Source: an uncultured Anaerolineaceae bacterium (GTDB lineage Bacteria > Chloroflexota > Anaerolineae > Aggregatilineales > Phototrophicaceae). From it: a stretch of 64,000 bases of DNA. The stretch lies in contig CAZJWX010000004.1 in NCBI GenBank assembly GCA_964549915.1, positions 63,181 through 127,180 on the forward strand, read 5' to 3'. A program made the position numbers and the translations under genes. This document shows positions 58,166-64,000 of the stretch, piece after piece. Positions within the stretch are counted from its first letter, which is position 1, and every line of letters starts with the position of its first letter. The notes under the pieces were generated by a model. The model had not been told where the DNA came from and did not search any database. It saw only the letters and a list, made by a program, of their open reading frames with translations.

Positions 58166-59293
58166 TTGGAATACGCTATGACTGATGCACTTTTCCAGCC
58201 CATTCCCCGCCCCGCCGATGCAATCAGGGAGCGCGAAATACCACGCCTGAACCTGGGGCTGCGTCCCTTACTACTGATTGGCTTGCTGGCGGGTCTGGCG
58301 CTGATATTCTTGATCGCGCTGGCGGTTGGCTCGGTGACGATCCCCTTTGACCAGATCATCGCTGTATTGCTCGGCGGCGAAGCTGAAAAAGCCTCCTGGA
58401 CGAACATCGTCCTCAAGTTCCGCCTGCCCAAGGCGCTGACCGCCACCCTGGCGGGAGCCGCGCTGGGGGTCAGCGGCCTGATGATGCAGACCTTCTTCCG
58501 CAATCCACTGGCAGGACCCTATGTACTGGGAATCAGTTCCGGTGCGAGCCTGGGAGTGGCAGTCGTCGTGCTCTCCGCAGGAACCGTTGGCGGGACAATG
58601 CTTGCGGGTTTGGGACTCACGGGCGATCTGTTGCTGGCGACTGCTGCTGCAATGGGCGCGGGGGCTACGATGCTGATCGTTCTGCTGGTCGCCAGCCGTG
58701 TGCAGAGCAGCATGACCCTGTTAATTCTGGGCTTGATGATGGGCTATCTCGTGTCTGCGATGGTCAGCATGTTGCTCTACTTCTCTATTCCAGAGCGCAT
58801 TCAAGCCTACATCAACTGGACGTTCGGCAGCTTCGGCAGCGTCACCTGGGATCAGATGCCGATTTTGGCTGTGGGTGTGGTACTCGGCCTGCTGATTTCC
58901 CTGCTGCTGACGAAAGCCCTGAATGCCCTGCTGCTCGGTGAAGGCTATGCCCGCAGCCTGGGCTTGAATGTGACGTTGATGCGGCTGGCAGTTGTCGGCT
59001 CAACTGCGCTGCTGACGGGTATCGTGACGGCGTTTTGCGGCCCCATCGGTTTCGTGGGTATCGCCGTGCCACATTTGACGCGCAGCCTCTTCAACACGTC
59101 GGATCACCGCTTGCTGGTTCCCGGAACGATCTTGCTCGGTGCAATGATCGCCCTGGTTGCCGCGATTCTCGCCGAAGTGCCGGGGAATAATCTGGTGCTG
59201 CCGCTGAATGCTGTGACCGCGCTCATCGGCGCTCCTGTCGTGATCTTCGTCATCCTGCGCCAGCGCAATCTGCAAAAATCCTTCGGAGCCTGA
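58166..59293 (+). CDS. FecCD/BtuC family ABC permease
   Basis: 375 aa. RLPKALTATLAGAALGVSGLMMQ and GPIGFVGIAVPHL. Confidence 0.9.
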   Translation: MEYAMTDALFQPIPRPADAIREREIPRLNLGLRPLLLIGLLAGLALIFLIALAVGSVTIPFDQIIAVLLGGEAEKASWTNIVLKFRLPKALTATLAGAALGVSGLMMQTFFRNPLAGPYVLGISSGASLGVAVVVLSAGTVGGTMLAGLGLTGDLLLATAAAMGAGATMLIVLLVASRVQSSMTLLILGLMMGYLVSAMVSMLLYFSIPERIQAYINWTFGSFGSVTWDQMPILAVGVVLGLLISLLLTKALNALLLGEGYARSLGLNVTLMRLAVVGSTALLTGIVTAFCGPIGFVGIAVPHLTRSLFNTSDHRLLVPGTILLGAMIALVAAILAEVPGNNLVLPLNAVTALIGAPVVIFVILRQRNLQKSFGA

Positions 59294-60313
59294 GTGATGG
59301 CTACACCGAAGAAATCTGTGCTGCGAACGCACAGTCTCGCAATCGGCTACGGCACGCCACGTAAGCCGGATGCCATCATCGCGGAAGATTTGAATCTCAC
59401 CCTGCATATTGGCGAATTGGTCTGCTTGCTGGGACCCAACGGCGCAGGGAAATCCACGTTGATGCGCACCATTGCCGGGATGCAGCCACCGCTCAGCGGA
59501 ACCATCACGCTCTCTGGCGATGATCTCAGGCAGCTACAACCCCGCGAACGCGCAACACGTCTGAGTGTCGTGCTGACGGAACGCCCCAACGTCGGCTTAT
59601 TGAATGGCTACGCCCTGGTTGCACTGGGACGGCATCCCTATACGGATTGGATGGGCAGGCTCTCGCGACATGATGAAGCGGTGGTGCGCTGGGCAGTGAA
59701 AGCCGTCGGCGCAGTAGACATCGCCGAGCGCCCTGTGATGGAACTCAGTGACGGACAGCGCCAGAAATTGATGATCGCCCGCGCATTGGCCCAGGAATCC
59801 GAGTTGATTCTGCTGGATGAGCCGACGGCTTATCTCGATCTACCACGCCGTGCGGAGGTTATGCAGTTGTTGCGGCAGCTTGCAGCCGCAACGGGACGTG
59901 CGATTCTGCTGTCTACACACGACCTCGACCTGGCGCTGCGTTCGGCGGATGCGCTCTGGCTGATGTCCGGCGGCACGGTGCGCGTCGGTGTGCCAGAAGA
60001 TCTGGTCATCAGCGGCGAATTCGAGGCGGCCTTCCAGGGTGAAGGGGTGCGCTTCGACCGTGCGACAGGAGCCTTCCGCATGGAACGCAGGCGCGGACCT
60101 CGCGTCACCGTGTTGGGCGAGGGTATCCCCCAGGAGTGGACGCGCCGCGCCCTGCAGCGGGCTGGCTTCGACCTCAGCAGCGATGGCGTCGCGCCGCCGA
60201 TTCAGGTCGAAATCAGCGGCGATGAGCAGCATCCCACGTGGCACCTGCATCAGAACGGCAGCACATTCCAGTATCGGAGCATCCGGGCACTCCTCGATGC
60301 GCTCACATCATGA
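59294..60313 (+). CDS. BtuD/FecE-type ABC ATP-binding protein with a C-terminal extension of about 90 aa
   Basis: GPNGAGKSTLMRT, LSDGQRQKLMIARAL and LILLDEPT. Confidence 0.9.
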   Translation: MMATPKKSVLRTHSLAIGYGTPRKPDAIIAEDLNLTLHIGELVCLLGPNGAGKSTLMRTIAGMQPPLSGTITLSGDDLRQLQPRERATRLSVVLTERPNVGLLNGYALVALGRHPYTDWMGRLSRHDEAVVRWAVKAVGAVDIAERPVMELSDGQRQKLMIARALAQESELILLDEPTAYLDLPRRAEVMQLLRQLAAATGRAILLSTHDLDLALRSADALWLMSGGTVRVGVPEDLVISGEFEAAFQGEGVRFDRATGAFRMERRRGPRVTVLGEGIPQEWTRRALQRAGFDLSSDGVAPPIQVEISGDEQHPTWHLHQNGSTFQYRSIRALLDALTS

Positions 60314-60607
60314 TTGTAGTTCTGGCGCTTGCATCCGCTGTAAGACGTACTTCTCCACGACTTGCCCCCCCTGGATGTGCTCTTTGATGATCTTCTTGAG
60401 CGCTTTCTTGTTGGGGCAGCGATACCAGACGCCATCCGGGTAGACGATCACGACGGATCCCAGTTTACAGGCCCCCAGGCAGCCCACCTTGGAGCGCTTG
60501 ACGCGCAGGCTGTCTTTGCCCAGCAGCTTACGCGCTTCCTTCAGCAACCCCTTCCCATCACAATCGCTACCCGTGCAGAACAGTAGATGTCTTGTATAGG
60601 TCTTCAT
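60308..60607 (-). CDS. Thioredoxin-like [2Fe-2S] ferredoxin domain protein
   Basis: 99 aa from MKTYTRHLLFCTGSDCDGKG...VGCLGACKLGSVVIVYPDGVWY. Cys pattern is C-x4-C...C-x3-C. Its 3-prime end overlaps the ATPase gene convergently by 6 nt. Confidence 0.7.
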   Translation of the reverse strand: MKTYTRHLLFCTGSDCDGKGLLKEARKLLGKDSLRVKRSKVGCLGACKLGSVVIVYPDGVWYRCPNKKALKKIIKEHIQGGQVVEKYVLQRMQAPELQS

Positions 60608-60998
60608 CACAATAATCCCTAGCAACCGATATACCTGCCCACGCTACCACAGGTAGACGGCTGTAATCTACGACGGCGGTTAACGGGGGCAGAAGCCGCC
60701 CGCAAGTACAAACTTTTGCTGATGAAAATCGAGCACTTAACCACCTCCGTCACAATCCTCACCTATGGTTAATCTTTGCAACAGGTAGTTCACATGCTCC
60801 GACGTGTGACATTTACAACAGCATCACATGATAGTTATCACCTTTATGACAATTTCGTTGTCTCTGCATTGATGATTTTATATCTCTAAACATGGATACG
60901 TGGTATCATGCGACAGAATTTAAGGGCAAGCCCCCAAGCTGCCACAAGCGTCATCAGGTAGACTCAAGTTTGATGGAACGACTCTTGGAGCATATGGA

Positions 60999-61814
60999 AT
61001 GCATGACGTTGCGACGGTTCAACTACAACTCCGTGCCGAGAAGAGCAACGAAATCCCACGTTGGCTCGGGCGGGCTGTACATGCGGAATTTCTGTCCTCT
61101 TTACGCAGGACCAACCCCACAGTCGCCACCGAAATCCACGATCAGCGGGGGCCGAAGCCCTTCACTGTGAGCAATCTACTGGGCAACAACCTCCAACGTG
61201 CGCAACTGCAACACATCAAACGTGGAAAATGCTACTATGTAAAGTATCAAACGCTTCATCCTCGTCTGACTACTATGTTGCTGAGTCAGATGGTACCGCG
61301 TTGGCTGGATGCACGTTACACGATTCACGACCAATATTTTAGGGTTACGACGATTGACACACAGCCAGACACACAAGCTGGCTGTGCGACGTATCGTGAC
61401 CTGCTAAATGGCGCGCAATTAGAGCGCTCCATTGGCTTCATCTTTGCTAGCCCTACTTCGTTTCGGCGCGAAAATACTCATTATCCCCTACCTGATCCTA
61501 TACAAGTGTTCCTGAGTCTCTATAACCGCTGGAATGCATTTGCAGACATCCCAATGCCATCCGATGTAGCTGAAGCTATCAAATCGGAGATCGTGATCAG
61601 TCGTATGCATCAGATCCAAACCCACGTTATCAATTTCGCTCGCGGTCGCAAGGGCACCGTTACCGGGTTCACGGGTCGCGTCGTTTACCACGTACGGACT
61701 CCGGACTCGGATCTGCTGCGCTATCTGAATGCATTAGCGGCGTTTGCCCCATACTGCGGTGTCGGCGTGAAGACACATTACGGACTGGGGCGTGTGCGAC
61801 TGATACACAATTAG
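60999..61814 (+). CDS. cas6: CRISPR-associated endoribonuclease Cas6
   Basis: 271 aa, RBS GGAG 8 nt upstream. RAMP-like fold signature with C-terminal glycine-rich loop CGVGVKTHYGLGRV. Lies upstream of the cmr genes. Confidence 0.8.
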   Translation: MHDVATVQLQLRAEKSNEIPRWLGRAVHAEFLSSLRRTNPTVATEIHDQRGPKPFTVSNLLGNNLQRAQLQHIKRGKCYYVKYQTLHPRLTTMLLSQMVPRWLDARYTIHDQYFRVTTIDTQPDTQAGCATYRDLLNGAQLERSIGFIFASPTSFRRENTHYPLPDPIQVFLSLYNRWNAFADIPMPSDVAEAIKSEIVISRMHQIQTHVINFARGRKGTVTGFTGRVVYHVRTPDSDLLRYLNALAAFAPYCGVGVKTHYGLGRVRLIHN

Positions 61815-61848
61815 CATATTTCGTTTCTACCCAAAGGAGCTTTTGACT

Positions 61849-62832
61849 ATGCCACATGTTCGATTACCCCTCGAATTGGTCAGCCCCGCATTTACCAGCG
61901 GTGCTGATCCACGCAAACCAGAACTGCGCGTGCCAACTATACGGGGTCAGATCCGTTATTGGCTGCGTGCCTATCTAGGTGCATCGCTATCCGATCACCA
62001 GCAGGTGTCCGTATACGAGAACGCGCTGCTGGGATCAACCGGGACAGGATCCCTGGTGACTATGCGGGTGAGGCAACCGGAATTGAACCAAATCGGGGAG
62101 GTCAAACTCGTCCCCCATAGCAAAGATTTCAAAGCCAAGGCCCTCTTGCCAAGCACCGATGACGACATAGGAGGTAGATTCACACTGGAATTATCCACAC
62201 CGCCAGGTGTCCCGTTTCCCGATGAGGTTGCCCATGCGGTCTCAATCTGGTTGCTGCTGGGTGGCGTTGGAAAGCGGTCGCGGCGCATGTTTGGTGCCGT
62301 GCAGCTACATGGAAAGCCAAAACGTAGCAAAGGGCATCCCGTGAATAAAGCCGATTTTGGCTGGTGGAAGCTTTGGTCTGACTTGCAGCAACAGCCACAC
62401 CTATTTCGTGAAGAGCAAGATACACACATGCTTATTACGAAGCACGTCCTCGAAACGCATGTCCAGCACACAAAACGTGCATCACGCCCCACATATCCAA
62501 CGCTGCATCCACGCTACAGCCGCGTTATTGTCGGAATGCTTCCATTTGAAACGGCAGAGGAGGCGAATCGCAAACTCTTCGATCTTCTTCGCAAACCGAA
62601 GTTCCGCGAGTATGAGGAGATGTTTGGCTTTGCGGCTAGTGACCGTCGCGCATCTCCGTTGATTGCAACCGTTAGACGCTTCGACGAGGCATACTACCCG
62701 GTACTCACGGTCATGCGTTCACCGCTGCATAAGAAAAACAAGTCTGAAAACTGGCAAATCGTGGATGAATTCATGGATGAAAGTGAGACGGTCTTCCAGG
62801 GTGAGACTGTCTGGGGAGGACACCTCGCATGA
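61849..62832 (+). CDS. cmr1: Type III-B RAMP protein Cmr1
   Basis: MPHVRLPLELVSPAFTSGADPRKPELRVPTIRGQIRYWLRA and LLLGGVGKRSRRMFG are classic Cmr1 N-terminal and G-rich motifs. ATG at 61849 behind AAAGGAG; the track uses TTG at 61843. Confidence 0.8.
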   Translation: MPHVRLPLELVSPAFTSGADPRKPELRVPTIRGQIRYWLRAYLGASLSDHQQVSVYENALLGSTGTGSLVTMRVRQPELNQIGEVKLVPHSKDFKAKALLPSTDDDIGGRFTLELSTPPGVPFPDEVAHAVSIWLLLGGVGKRSRRMFGAVQLHGKPKRSKGHPVNKADFGWWKLWSDLQQQPHLFREEQDTHMLITKHVLETHVQHTKRASRPTYPTLHPRYSRVIVGMLPFETAEEANRKLFDLLRKPKFREYEEMFGFAASDRRASPLIATVRRFDEAYYPVLTVMRSPLHKKNKSENWQIVDEFMDESETVFQGETVWGGHLA

Positions 62833-64000
62833 AATATTTCTATTTGTTCAAAATTGGGCCAGTACAGGCCTTCATTGCCACTGCCCGCAAATCGCGTGAC
62901 CTGGCGGTCGGCAGTCGCCTGCTGAGCAAACTCGCCACTGCTGGCATCGGCGAAGCACAGAGCCATAAAGCAAATTTGGTGTATCCGGTCACCCTGGATG
63001 ATGGTCAGCTACCTCAGTCCGTACCGCACCGTTTTGCCTTTGTTGCTGAAGGTGATCCGCAGAAAATCGCGAGGGCGGTGAAGCACCAAATTGAAAGTCA
63101 ATGGGCAGTGTATGCCCGTCAGGTAGAAACCTTTATTGAAGCTCGCATTGGCGGTGGACAATGGCAATCAGCTTTCACCGAGCAAGTGAGCCAGTGGCCT
63201 CAGGTCACATGGGCGGCCGTACCTTATGACCAAAGTCATCACAGCGAAGCCGTAGAAGCAGCTAACCGGGTACTTGCTGCCCGTGCGAACACCAACTGGT
63301 TCAGCCAGATCAACGAAGTAGGTGGCAAATGTACACTCTCGGGCGCACAGGCCGCACTACCGCTGAACTGGAAGCGCCTGCGCGAAAAATTGGGAGACCG
63401 ACAAGCACAGATCATCCGCGAAAACGAGCGGCTGGGTGCGCTGGCTTTGCTCAAGCGCTTAATACACCGAGCCAGCGGCGAATTCTCGGACATTGAGCGC
63501 CGATTCCCGGACACTTCTACGATAGCGGGATTTGACGAAAACACCATGAGCGCAGAAGACGGTGAACGCTACTACTTCGCGGTGCTGGCAATGGATGGCG
63601 ATCATATCGGCATGCACTTGCGCAGCTTGCACACCTTGGCAGATCATCAGCAGTTTTCGCGTACCCTAGCACGCTTCGCGCAGGAGGACGCTCCCCAGAT
63701 CGTACAGCAGCACAATGGAAATCTTCTATATGCAGGGGGGGATGACGTGTTGGCCTACATGCCCAAAGAGGATGTGCTCGCCTGCGCGGAAGCCTTGCGC
63801 CAAAGATTCGCAGAGCGCTTTAACAACCAACTTCACTCCAGCGCGGGCATTGCCCTTGCTCCACACAATTACCCGCTTGATCTGGTGCTGCAAACAGCGC
63901 GGGCAGCAGAGCGGGCTGCCAAAACCCGATATGGTCGCAACGCAGTTGTAGTGCAGGAGACCAACCGCAGTGGGCAGATACGCGAAGCTGGAGCGCATTG
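62829..64000 (+). CDS. cas10: Type III-B Cas10/Cmr2, N-terminal 390 codons, with no HD domain; runs off the window end
   Basis: Absent from the ORF track because it is open at the window edge. Manual translation gives MKYFYLFKIGPVQAFIATARKSRDLAVGSRLLS..., PHRFAFV, CTLSG, YYFAVLAMDGDHIGMHL and LLYAGGDDVLAYMP (GGDD cyclase motif at 63735-63746). ATGA overlap with cmr1. Confidence 0.85.
   Translation, partial: MKYFYLFKIGPVQAFIATARKSRDLAVGSRLLSKLATAGIGEAQSHKANLVYPVTLDDGQLPQSVPHRFAFVAEGDPQKIARAVKHQIESQWAVYARQVETFIEARIGGGQWQSAFTEQVSQWPQVTWAAVPYDQSHHSEAVEAANRVLAARANTNWFSQINEVGGKCTLSGAQAALPLNWKRLREKLGDRQAQIIRENERLGALALLKRLIHRASGEFSDIERRFPDTSTIAGFDENTMSAEDGERYYFAVLAMDGDHIGMHLRSLHTLADHQQFSRTLARFAQEDAPQIVQQHNGNLLYAGGDDVLAYMPKEDVLACAEALRQRFAERFNNQLHSSAGIALAPHNYPLDLVLQTARAAERAAKTRYGRNAVVVQETNRSGQIREAGAH

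Noticed and set aside
60626-60998. Possible CRISPR array or leader between the ferredoxin gene and cas6.
   Set aside because: I read the 370 bp on both strands and found no direct repeats of 24-40 nt, nor any regular spacing. The region is AT-rich and promoter-like only.

Overview
This is a 64-kb window of a roughly 58-60 % GC bacterial chromosome. PT-rich linkers, a DUF3048 protein, Uma2 remnants and an LLM-type enzyme suggest a Chloroflexota-like host, but that is inference only. All calls come from reading the ORF translations and the DNA by eye; no searches were run.

Content from left to right:
- Glycine cleavage genes gcvH-gcvPA-gcvPB behind a glycine riboswitch.
- A SCO1-type copper chaperone.
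- An alanine racemase fused to a degenerate MurF-like domain.
- tgt.
- A Mn/Fe-type ABC importer in which both permeases carry C-terminal winged-helix domains.
- A GT1 glycosyltransferase, a methyltransferase and queG.
- A pentapeptide-repeat protein, an MFS transporter and copZ.
- A large TPR protein, glutamate dehydrogenase and uvrA.
- A MarR regulator with a DrrAB-like exporter.
- A DUF3048 protein and a PIG-L deacetylase.
- A roughly 22-kb catabolic island (33.3-55.2 kb).
- An SDR oxidoreductase.
- A cobalamin riboswitch with a BtuFCD-like importer.
- The first three genes of a type III-B (Cmr) CRISPR-Cas module (cas6, cmr1, HD-less cas10), which runs off the window end.

The most system-like and least explained region is the catabolic island. 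It combines clear homologues of E. coli YgeW, YgeY, SsnA and HyuA, an XdhD-like protein and a carbamate kinase. It also carries a second complete molybdenum hydroxylase, an LLM oxidoreductase, two atypical PLP enzymes and a BMP-family ABC importer. YgfK, YgeX, YqeB/YqeC and YgeV are all missing from the window.

I saw no rRNA, tRNA, transposase, integrase or CRISPR array.
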